A DNA stretch of 64,000 nucleotides. It comes from Rebecca billardiae RCC1528 (taxonomy: Eukaryota; Protista; Haptophyta). This document shows, in pieces, positions 34,772 through 44,735 of the stretch. The first letter of the stretch is position 1. Every line of letters begins with the position of its first letter. The stretch is from NCBI GenBank assembly GCA_965240325.2, contig OZ251225.1:1054001-1118000 (forward strand). The letters are read 5' to 3'. The notes under the pieces were generated by a model, which saw only the letters and a program-made list of their open reading frames with translations, ran no database searches and had not been told where the DNA came from. The position numbers and the translations under genes are program-made.

Positions 34772-36120
34772 ATGACGGCGAGCGGCACGCGCCATGGCAA
34801 CCTCTTCTGGGAGGAGGAGAAGGCCAACGTCGGCCTGCGCATGATGCAGGGCATGGGCTGGCAGCAAGGCTCGGGCCTTGGCGCGCGCGGCCACGGCATG
34901 ACCTCGCACATCCGCGTGCGGCAGAAGAAGGACAACTCGGGCATCGGCGCGAACGCCGAGACGCGGGACGACTCGTGGAAGGCGACGCAGGACGTCTTCA
35001 ACAGTATCCTCACGCGACTGAACAGCGGAAGTGACGGTGTGGCTGGCTCGCTGCGCGCCGCGCCCGCGCGCCCGCGCCATCCTCCCGTGACGCGCGCCCC
35101 TGGCGCCGCCATGCGCGCGCGCCCATGCCGCAGCTGTCGACGGCGCGGACGGCGACGACGGAAAAACGCCGACGGTGAAGCAGACCATGGCGCGGCACGC
35201 GCTCTATCGCAAGTTTCGCCAGTCGAAGAACGCGTCTGCGTACTCGTCTACGGTGCGCGGCCCCGCCCCACGCGTGCCGCCCGCGAGCGCGCCCTGCGGT
35301 CAGCTGCCCGACCGACATGCACTGGCTGACCTGCCGCCGCCTGCTGCTTGCTGCAGGACATGGCGATGATCTTTGGGAAGCGCGAGGGTGAGCGGGGCGA
35401 GGGTGGGCAGGCGGCAAGCGCAGCTGACACCAGCCGCGCCGACGCCACAGGCGCGGACGTGCCCAGCGGCCACCAGACGACGACGGCGACCATGTCGATC
35501 CGCGACTACTTCGCCATGCGCATGCAGCAGAGCGGCGTGGGCGCCGCGCGCGCCCGTGGCGCGCCGGGGGGCTTCACGGAGGAGTACCAGGCGGCCTTCG
35601 CAACGGAGATGACGCAGCGTGCCGAGGCGTACACTGGAAGGCAGGGCCTCGGCTTCGGCGGCGGCTACTCGGGGAGTCAGCCGCCCGTGCACACGCCGCT
35701 CGTCGACGCGCCTGAGGGCGCCGGCCTCGGCTGGAGGGCGCCTGCGCCGCCGGCAGGCAGCGCGGCCGGCGGGCAGCTCGCTGCTGCAGGGCGAGCGGCC
35801 AGGGCGGAGCCTCTCAGGGGGGCTACCGGCGAAGCGCCGGCGAAGCCGGCGAAGCCGAGCGGCGCGGCTGGCAAGGCCGCCGCGCAGCAGCTGGGCGCAG
35901 CGATCACAAAGCCCAACTGGAAGCGAGCCATCCGCACGGTGATGCGCGACATGGGGCCCAGCGCCGAGGGCGCCAAGCTCAAGCGCTTCCAGCGGAAGCT
36001 CGTCCAGCACTTGGGCGGCGCGGCCACGGCCGAGCGCGTGGAGCGCGTGCTCGAGAAGAAGCTCCGAGCGGCTGGCTTTGAGGTCGTGGGCAAGCGCATC
36101 CGTGCGCTGCAGGGATCATA
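34772..36120 (+). CDS. PINX1: PinX1/Pxr1(Gno1)-like G-patch protein; exons 34772-35036, 35134-35252, 35357-36120
   Basis: G-patch GLRMMQGMGWQQGSGLG..IRVRQKKDNSGIG, W....DVFNSILTRLN, and the spliced YRKFRQSKNASAYSSTDMAMIFG motif. Confidence 0.82.
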
Positions 36121-36343
36121 AGGTCCGTACGGATGGGCGCGATCGAATGATGCCGCGATGCCGGACCACGGTGGCAGTTATTCTGCACTGCTCACCTGAC
36201 ACTGGTGCCCATTGTTCTGCACTGCTACTGGTGGCAGTTCAGCCAGCAGCTCTGCACTGCTGTCGTAGTATAGTACAATGCAGTATGCCCGCCATCTGAG
36301 CGGTGCCAGCCGCGTGGCGCGTCTGTCCGCGCGTCGTACTATA

Positions 36344-38184
36344 TGTGGGGTTATTGGTACAATAACTGATTGTCTAAGAGGACGACAAGAACGCCGGGCG
36401 CCAGCGCCGCTCATCAGCCACATCGCCCTCTACCAGACCATCGCCTCAAAGCGCTGCTCCCGGACAAACAGTCTGTCCGGGTTTGTCGCCGCGGAGATCT
36501 GCTGTTTCCGGCGCCCCCTGGCTGCTTCGCCAGGCGCGGGCGCGCGAGATGGCTGCAGCCGGGCTCGTGGCCCTGCGTCGCCGGCGGCGGCGGCTCGCAC
36601 GCGGGTGGCGCGTTGCGTGCACCGACCAACATGCTTCGCCAGGCGCGGGCGCGCGAGATGGCTGCAGCCGGGCTCGTGGCCCTGCGTCGCCGGCGGCGGC
36701 GGCTCGCACGCGGGTGGCGCGTTGCGTGCACCGACCAACATCTTTCGGCAACTCAGCGGTAAGCAACGCTCCGCATCGCGCCCCCTCGCGCTTCGGGCCA
36801 CCGCCTCTTCTCTCTCTGCGTGCGTGCGCACTTTGTCTCTTCCGCACCCCCGATCGCCACCGTTCCCTCTTCGCCACATGCCTCCTCCTCCGTGGGTGCG
36901 CCCCCACGCGGATCGCTGCTCCATCTCTCCCGCCCTGCCTCGGGATCGCCCCGGTGCCAACGCCAGCCGGCTCCTACACAAGGACCGCTGGCGGCACACC
37001 GCGCGCCGGGCCCCGTGCGCACCCGCGGGCCATTCACAGCATCCGCAAAGGCCGTCTAGCCTTCTCCTGCTTCCGCAGCGCCGCGCCCGCGGGGCGGGCT
37101 GCCTGCTATCTCTCCTCTTCGGGTTCCATCTCACTCGCACTGCCCCACCTGCCCAGCCCCCGCTGGCCGGCCCTCGTGCGTGCGCGACTCACACGTGCCT
37201 TGCCCCTTTCCTTCCCATCACTCAATGGGATTCTCCTCCACGCGGTGCTCCCCAACACACCATGAAACGGGATCACTCACGCACCGCGTCTCGTCGACGG
37301 CGAGCGGCATGCCCACCGCATCTGCTGCCGCTCGCCAAGGCATGAGGACACGTAAATCCCACTGAGTAGGAACACACGCAGCCGCCTCGGCATCGACATG
37401 CCAGGCGGCGTGCCCACCTTCGGCCAGCAGTTGGCGTCGGCGTTCACGAGGACGGCTAGACGTGGGGTTATTGGTACAATAACTGATTGTCTAAGAGGAC
37501 GACAAGAACGCCGGGCGCCAGCGCCGCTCATCAGCCACATCGCCCTCTACCAGACCATCGCCTCAAAGCGCTGCTCCCGGACAAACAGTCTGTCCGGGTT
37601 TGTCGCCGCGGAGATCTGCTGTTTCCGGCGCCCCCTGGCTGCTTCGCCAGGCGCGGGCGCGCGAGATGGCTGCAGCCGGGCTCGTGGCCCTGCGTCGCCG
37701 GCGGCGGCGGCTCGCACGCGGGTGGCGCGTTGCGTGCACCGACCAACATCTTTCGGCAACCCGCCCACCCAGGGCCCGTTGGTCTGGTGCTCGGGCGGCG
37801 GGACCACAACACCCGCCGTCCGACCGCCCGGTCCTGCGGCGCTGCACTTAGGGCTCATGTGACCCCCTGCCTCCCAACACGATTGGGTTTTTCAGGTTAG
37901 GTCCCCAGCAGTGCTGCTCCCGGGCGGTCAGGTGGAGGTTCAGTCGACGAGTCCGCAGGCGCTCAGCCTTCCGTCAGCGGACGTCCGCGCGGGATCACTC
38001 ACGCACCGCGTCTCGTCGACGGCGAGCGGCATGCCCACCGCATCTGCTGCCGCTCGCCAAGGCATGAGGACACGTAAATCCCACTGAGTAGGAACACACG
38101 CAGCCGCCTCGGCATCGACATGCCAGGCGGCGTGCCCACCTTCGGCCAGCAGTTGGCGTCGGCGTTCACGAGGACGGCTAGGGC

Positions 38185-38186
<2 letters not shown>
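36344..38186. mobile_element. Split-direct-repeat (A..BA..B) non-autonomous element, PAT/Ngaro/TOC1-like architecture
   Basis: A1 36345-36752 (with a ~109-bp internal tandem duplication), B1 37268-37459, A2 37462-37760, B2 37990-38181. Both ends abut TA runs. Confidence 0.7.

Positions 38187-38281
<95 letters not shown>
38187..38281. repeat. (TA)n-(GA)n compound microsatellite
   Basis: Directly visible. Confidence 0.97.
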
Positions 38282-38283
<2 letters not shown>

Positions 38284-38365
38284 ATACGCTAGTTACTATA
38301 GTATACTACCGTTGCCGTATATGCACCGGGCCCCGGAGTCTGACGGTAACTGCATGCGCATAGAG

Positions 38366-38368
<3 letters not shown>

Positions 38369-38446
<78 letters not shown>
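38369..38446. repeat. (GA)n microsatellite
   Basis: Directly visible. Confidence 0.97.
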
Positions 38447-38449
<3 letters not shown>

Positions 38450-38464
38450 GTACTCTCTGCGCAC

Positions 38465-39948
38465 CACTGGGCGCAGGAATTTCGGGTGGGGATTTTCTTT
38501 TCCGAATATGTTGGTGATGCCGTCAGAGCACCACCAACCTCTGCCGCTGGCGGCTGTGCTGAAGCGCGCTGGGCGGCGCCGGAGGGCGATACGGGCGCCG
38601 ACTGCGCGCACTCCTGCGGTAGCTGCGTGACAGCGAAGGCGGTGCGCGTGGTTGAGCGCGGCTGAAAAGCAGCCATTTGCGTCGTTCCGCCGCGCGCCGT
38701 TCGGAGTCACTGCATCCGCCGCGCCTCAGGCCATCGCGTGCGCCGCAACAACAAGGAAGTCGTGTGCATTCCTCAGCTGACTGCACGCGTGCCGCGAGCA
38801 GCGGCGTCGGCGTCCGGCACTTGGTTGCACTGGGCAATGCCCAGGTAGTTTATGCACGCGTCATCGCTCGTCGCAGTACGCTGCCTGGCATGCGCATCTG
38901 CACGGGTCACACAGCCGTCAAAACTGGCACGATCGAGCATCACGCAGCTGTCGGCATCGACCTACGGCAAGGGTCGTGTGAGCATGGAAAGCACTGACAT
39001 GCGCCCTGCTGGATAGTGATGTAGTGAGCACATTCCCGCGTGAAAGGAGCGCGCGCCATACAGGCCCCGGAAGCGGCGTCGGGGCTGGATGCTCACAACT
39101 TGGGCAGGCTGATGCTGCCTTCCGGCTGCATGGGTGCGTCCATCAAGGCTGACCGTGCGTGCGTGATGCGCACCGTGAAGTTCGACACGAACGTCCAGGC
39201 GTGAGCTACTGCTTGACGAGGCAGTGTACACACATTCATGCACGCGCCGTGTCATCCGAGGAGGCACATCCATGCAGGCCATGGGCCTCGTTCAGGTATG
39301 TTCTGCATCAGCGCGCATGCATGTACGTACTACCTCGGGCCAAGATTGACGTCGGAGCACAAGTCAGGGAGGTCAATGCCGGGGCAGAGCTGGGCAGCAG
39401 GCACGTGTGCGGGCACTCCGCGCGAGCGCACATGCTGCGCGTCACCGCAGATCAGCATGGCGTGCGCTGCAACGTCGTCGCCGGGCTAGAGCGCTTGTTC
39501 GACCAATCGAATCGTATGAAGGATGCAATCAGCACACCTGAACGCAGCTGTTCGCAGACCCGCGCTCATGCGCGGCGGCGCAAGGCAGCGCCGTGGGTAC
39601 AGTGTAGGCCTCGCCACGCGGAAGCGCACGCTCCGTGTTTGTCTCGCCTCGAATGGCGCACGCGCGGGAGGCTGGCCGTGTGGCGGTGTGCACAGACATG
39701 CTGGCCCGAGGAAAGTACAGCCGAATGCGATGCGCGGCGCGAAGCGGCGCATGGCACTTCAGCACGACTGCCCAGCTTAGCTCGCCGGCTCTGCGCTCGC
39801 GGGATCGTCCACACGCACGGGAGCGCGGCGCCGTCGCCCGCTCGCCCGAGACGCGCGCGTCCGCCGCGCAGCGCGCGGCTGAATAAATGCAAGGCGGAAA
39901 TAAAAAGCGCGCCGATTTTCTCCGACCCTGGGTGCCGTGTCCCCAGTG
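38465..39948. mobile_element. Possible CACTG-ended (EnSpm/CMC-like) relic containing decayed coding fragments
   Basis: CACTGGG...CCCAGTG ends, AT-rich subterminal tracts, TGCA/CATG-rich interior with stop-interrupted frames. No TSD found. Confidence 0.35.
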
Positions 39949-39959
39949 GAGAGACTGAG

Positions 39960-40060
39960 ACTCATTCTATGATTTAACGACACAGGTAGGACGGCGCAGG
40001 TCTCCTGATTCGTCGTCGGCAGTGCCCGATCGTCGACACGAAGTCGGCGCTGGTGGCAGA
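39960..40060 (+). repeat. 101-bp dispersed repeat (inverted partner of 47619-47719)
   Basis: 4 mismatches against the reverse complement of 47619-47719. Confidence 0.92.
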
Positions 40061-40747
40061 GCATAGCCTGAACCGCGATCGAATGGCTTGAGCGCGGCCT
40101 GAGAGAGAGAGCTGAGAGGGAGAGAGAAAGAGTATTGCGCTTTAATTAGCCTTAGGCCGCGTACAGAGTCTATAGTTATTAATTAATTCGCATCGTCTTC
40201 GTCGTTCAGTTCGTCGTCATAAGACGAACTGACGAGTCAGACGACTACGGCTGCATGTCCTGAACGGAATTAGAGTAAATTAGATGCCATCTAATTCCTG
40301 CCGCACACCGCCGACCGCGGGGGCGCGCGCCAGGGCCCAGGCAGGCGTCCTGCGCACGCCCCGCCCGCGGTGTGCGGCAGGGCTCTGTTGCCCGTCAAAC
40401 GGTCACGTCCTGAACGGGATTATTAGACGGCCATCTGCAAAGCTCTGAAGCTAGTTTAATATGACAACTAGATGCCGCGCCTCTCCGAGCGCCCGCCGTG
40501 GCCGTGGCCCGGGCGTGGGCGCCTTCTGACTCTGAGTATCCGTCGGACACTCGGACCGTGTTCACACACCTGCTCTAGTGATGGGCGCAGTGGTCGCATG
40601 TCACCGGCAGCGCCTAGCGGCGAGAGTCGGGGCCCTGACCATTCATCAGCAGGACTCCAGGAGTCAGGACAATCAGTTATCAGCCGACAAGTGGACATAG
40701 TAGCTGAACGTTAGCTACCTGCTCCCCGCCTGGAGCTTGCTCAGCGG

Positions 40748-41290
40748 TCAGCCACGTCGTCGCTGCTTCGACGGCTTGCCGCCTCCAAGTGCGTCGAGTG
40801 TGACCAGGTGCGAATCGCGCCGACGGGCACCCTCCTTGTGCATCGCCGCACAGAACTTGTCCCCTCGTGCCGTGTACAGCGCCCTGCCGCTGAGGCCCGT
40901 CACGTCGAGTTTGAGGTTCTCGCGCACAAGGCGCTCGCGGCCGCGGCCCGACTTGGCGCACGGGGCGCAGAGCAGGAAGCGCGCATGGCCGTTGCTCGAT
41001 TCACGCGCGCAGAAGTCGCCCTCGCCGAAGCACACGGCGCACGCGTGGTCCATGAACAGTCGTCGCCACGGCATGGAGGAGGCAATGGCGTGCTTGCCGC
41101 GCGGCCGGCGCGGGAGTTGCCAGCCTCGCTGTGCGCACGTGAGTTTGCACGAGTCCTCGACAAGATCGTGGAAGACGCGGCAGACGGCGGCGACCGTCGT
41201 CAGCGCGCAGCTTCTGGGCAAGTGCGCCCAGATGATCTCATGCAAGAGCGGTTGGGGAAGCTGCTCGAGCGACGACCGAGCGGCAGCCAT
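40748..41290 (-). CDS. Small F-box protein with CxxC..CxxC motif (180 aa)
   Basis: SLEQLPQPLLHEIIWAHLP..LTTVAAVCRVFHDL F-box, PWRRLF, CAVC...CAPC. Confidence 0.75.
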   Translation of the reverse strand: MAAARSSLEQLPQPLLHEIIWAHLPRSCALTTVAAVCRVFHDLVEDSCKLTCAQRGWQLPRRPRGKHAIASSMPWRRLFMDHACAVCFGEGDFCARESSNGHARFLLCAPCAKSGRGRERLVRENLKLDVTGLSGRALYTARGDKFCAAMHKEGARRRDSHLVTLDALGGGKPSKQRRRG

Positions 41291-41376
41291 TGCAACCCCA
41301 GCAAAGACTTGCCCGGCCCGCCGCCGCAGGCGCCCGCCGGCGCAGCGCCGCTGCCGTGTTTGCCAGCAGCACCACG

Positions 41377-43368
41377 ATGAGCGCAGCGTCGGCCGCCCCC
41401 GCCGCCGCCGAGCACGCCGCCTTCCTCGCGCAGCTGCAGGTGTTGCAGCAGGCGATTCGCGAGGCTGAGACTTCATCGCCCGCGCCGAGTGCGGGCGCCT
41501 CGTCGCCGTCGCCCCCCCCTGGGGTGGCGGTGGTCCCTCCTCCCCTGACCGCGCCACAGCCGGCGGCTGCGGCGCTGAGTACAGAGCCCGAGGCGCCGAG
41601 AGCGCACACGCCAGCCGCTGCGCTGCCGAGCGCGGCCCAAGCCTCGCCTCCGCGCCCGCCCTCGTCTGTCGCCTCCTCGTCAGACGCGACGGGTGGGGCC
41701 GGCGGCCGGGGCCTGCTGCAGCGCGGCCTTTCGGGGATGACGCACGTCCTCGGCGCCGGCAAGCGCACAGCCACCACCGCCATCACCTCCGCCCACCAGC
41801 TCGCGGCGCCCGCCGCTCGGCGCGCCGCGCAATCGCTCGGCGCGACCAAGGAGGCGGCGGTCGACCGCGCGCTCACGATCGCCCTCGAGCGCGGCCTCCG
41901 AAACGCCGGCCACCACTTTGTGCAGATGGTCTCGGACGACGAGGACATGCCCGCGTGCGCGCGCGCGCGCGCGAGGAGCCTGGGCAACTGGGTGTGGGCC
42001 GAGCTCGAGCGCGAGGTCCTCGCCTCCGTGCTGTACGAGGGCACGTACGCCGCGCGGCACGCGCGCGCCAAGCAGATGGAGGCGCTCGAGGCGTCGGCGA
42101 GCGCGCTGGGCTGGTGGCCGAGCCCGGTGGCAAAGGCGCGCGCCTCCGTGCTGTATGCTCTCTACCCGTACGACCGGAGCGTGTGGGGCCAGCTGCGCAT
42201 GCCGCTCTTCTACCCGCTGCTGCTGCTGTGCGTCTGCCCCGTGTACGGCGTGCAGCCCGTCGCCTTCTTCCTCCTCTTCCTGCTGCGCGACAAGGGCGAC
42301 GAGTTCCAGCTGGTGCAGTTCATACTCGAGTTTAAGGGCCTGCAGTTCGTGACGGTGGGCGCGCTCTCGGGGCTGATCGCCGGCGCGCGCGCGCAGTGGT
42401 GCTCGACGCACGGCACGTGCGCGCGCATGGGCCTGCAGGGCGCGCCGGGCATGCACCGCACCTTCTACCTCGAGCTGGGGCTGTTCACGCTCAACGTGCT
42501 GCTCGTGTGGGCAGCGTTTGTGCTGCTGCCGCTCTCGAAGCGCAAGGGCGCGCTCTTCGGCTCGCTGCAGCCGGACGCGGCGGAGCGGGGCGGCGCGCGG
42601 CCGGCCGCCGAGCCAGCCGAGCGCGCCGCCGGCGCCGAGCCGGCGCCGGCCGAGCCCACCAAGCCCGCCGCCGGCGCGGGCGGCGTGGCCGCGGCCGCGC
42701 GCGCGCGCGCCGGCGCCAGCGCGCAGGCGGCTGGCGCGCGCGTCGGCGGCCTCGTGGGCCTGGGCTCCACCGGCCGCTCGCTGCAGTACCTGCTCGAGCC
42801 CGCGGACGACGTGGAGGCGCAGCGCTCGTGCTGCGGCTGCGTCGCCTTCCACCCGGCGCGCGGCGGCGCGCTGCGCTCGCTCCTCATCTACGACCTCCTC
42901 GTGTTTGTGCTCGTGTGCGTGCTCGGCGTCGTGGTGAGCGTGACCACAGACGGCTGGGAGCGGCGCTCGTGGCTGTACTGGTGCCGCGTGCTGTACGGGC
43001 TCGGCTCGCTGCCCTTCGCGCTCTTCGTCCTGCCGCCGTTCGACCGCATCCTCGTCCACGCGAAGCCCACCTACTACGACCAGATGGGCAGGTGCGTGCC
43101 GCCGCTCTCGCTGAGTGACCGCCAGCTGCTGCAGGAGCTGCGCGCGGCGCGCGCGGCGGGCGAGACGTCGCAGGCGGGCGCCGGCGCCGGCGCGGGCGGC
43201 GATTGTGGCGCGGGCGGCGCGGCGTCCATCGCCGAGGCCGCCGTGACGCCGGCGGGGGCCGTCGCGCCCTCGCCGTCCGGCTCGAAGCAGGCGCCTGCCG
43301 TCATGAGCCAGCCCTCGCCAGCCTCGGCGGCAGGACCGTCGTCAAGCGCACCGCCACCGATGCTCTGA
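41377..43368 (+). CDS. Multi-pass membrane protein of unknown function (663 aa)
   Basis: Strong GC3 coding bias, about 5-6 TM segments, ordered motifs YALYPYDRSVW, DEFQLVQFILEFKGLQF, WCRVLYGL.SLPF, HAKPTYYD. Confidence 0.8.
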   Translation: MSAASAAPAAAEHAAFLAQLQVLQQAIREAETSSPAPSAGASSPSPPPGVAVVPPPLTAPQPAAAALSTEPEAPRAHTPAAALPSAAQASPPRPPSSVASSSDATGGAGGRGLLQRGLSGMTHVLGAGKRTATTAITSAHQLAAPAARRAAQSLGATKEAAVDRALTIALERGLRNAGHHFVQMVSDDEDMPACARARARSLGNWVWAELEREVLASVLYEGTYAARHARAKQMEALEASASALGWWPSPVAKARASVLYALYPYDRSVWGQLRMPLFYPLLLLCVCPVYGVQPVAFFLLFLLRDKGDEFQLVQFILEFKGLQFVTVGALSGLIAGARAQWCSTHGTCARMGLQGAPGMHRTFYLELGLFTLNVLLVWAAFVLLPLSKRKGALFGSLQPDAAERGGARPAAEPAERAAGAEPAPAEPTKPAAGAGGVAAAARARAGASAQAAGARVGGLVGLGSTGRSLQYLLEPADDVEAQRSCCGCVAFHPARGGALRSLLIYDLLVFVLVCVLGVVVSVTTDGWERRSWLYWCRVLYGLGSLPFALFVLPPFDRILVHAKPTYYDQMGRCVPPLSLSDRQLLQELRAARAAGETSQAGAGAGAGGDCGAGGAASIAEAAVTPAGAVAPSPSGSKQAPAVMSQPSPASAAGPSSSAPPPML

Positions 43369-44735
43369 GTCACTCGATCAGCAGACGACCGTGCCCGTGG
43401 TCGTGTGGACGTCATCAGGTGCTCACGGGACACTATACTATACATGGTTCCGTGCCCACTACTAGTTATGGCATATCAGGCGGTGCCATCGTTAGCCACT
43501 GACGGCCAGGCGACGCGCCCCGCCAGGCGAGCGGGTGGCCCGGTGATTCGGGTGAATGTGGCAGTCAGGCCTCAGACTCACAGTAGTTATTATTGGCAAG
43601 CCGCCGCGCAGCCCGCGGCAGGGCCGGGCCGCTCTGTATGTAGTCTGTTGCCCCGGCCAGTGTTCAGCGCAGGCTGCCAGCGTTGGCTGCGTTCGGGCCG
43701 TGCCCGTTATTCAGTGATATCAGCCGGCGTTGGCACTGATGCTGAATAAGTTATTTATTCTGGCGGTTTATTCTGCGCCGTGCCACGCCTGATGTGATGA
43801 TGACTGCTGACTCATTGGAGTGTCAGATAGAGATTAGAGTGTGACTGTACAGAGTCGTAGTACATGTAACTTATTAGTACGCTACTTACTTCATATAAGT
43901 AGTAGTATAGGCGCGGTACGAGTGACTAGTCCGTAACTACTGACTAGTGTCTGTGACTCAGACACTCTGTCTCTGTCTGTCTCTCTGAAGTCTGAGTAGT
44001 TAGTGAGTCACTAATGAGATCGACTGAGTCAGAGTGCTGGGCTGCACTTGAGTTCAGTGAGTCAACTTGAGTTGCTGCGCCCCGCGCCCCCGCGCGGCCG
44101 CCAGCCCGCAGGCGCAGCCGTGCCCGGCGGGCCGCGGCACCGTCAGGCCGTGCCAGCGTGCGGAGGCTCGGGGCCGGGGGCCGCGGCGGCCGCGCTGAAC
44201 CGCCGCGCGGCGTCCGACGCTCAGCAGTCGAGCGCCGGCGCGTCGACGCGCCCCGCGGCGGACCGCACGGACCGGGACGACCGGCTGCCGTCGTGAATCT
44301 GACATCTCGGTCCGCTCCGGCTCGGGCAGCCGCTATATATGCGACTTATTGCGAGTATATCTGAGCGATCGTCACGTGAGTCCGACGTCCTCTTAGTTTA
44401 GTCTTGTAATCTGTCTGTGATCCGAGGCTGGTCCTGAAACCGCAAACGGGCCAAAGCGACGGTACTGTCGGTACTCTGTCTCTGACATGCGCCCGCGGCA
44501 GGCGCGGGCATCCACTCGCATCCAGACTAGCAAATGAGCAAAGCCGGGGCGAGGCGCCACGTCGTGGGTGGGCCCTATGCCGGCGTTGGCAGCTTCCGCC
44601 GGTCCGAACGAGCAGCACACAAGCGTCACACTCGCAGCCAAGCCGCAAGCGCGCCGGCATCGAATGCCCGAATGGGGATGGCCATCGCCACGCAGTGCAC
44701 TCCGCTTCTGCCTGTGCAGGCAGCGGCACGGTGCC

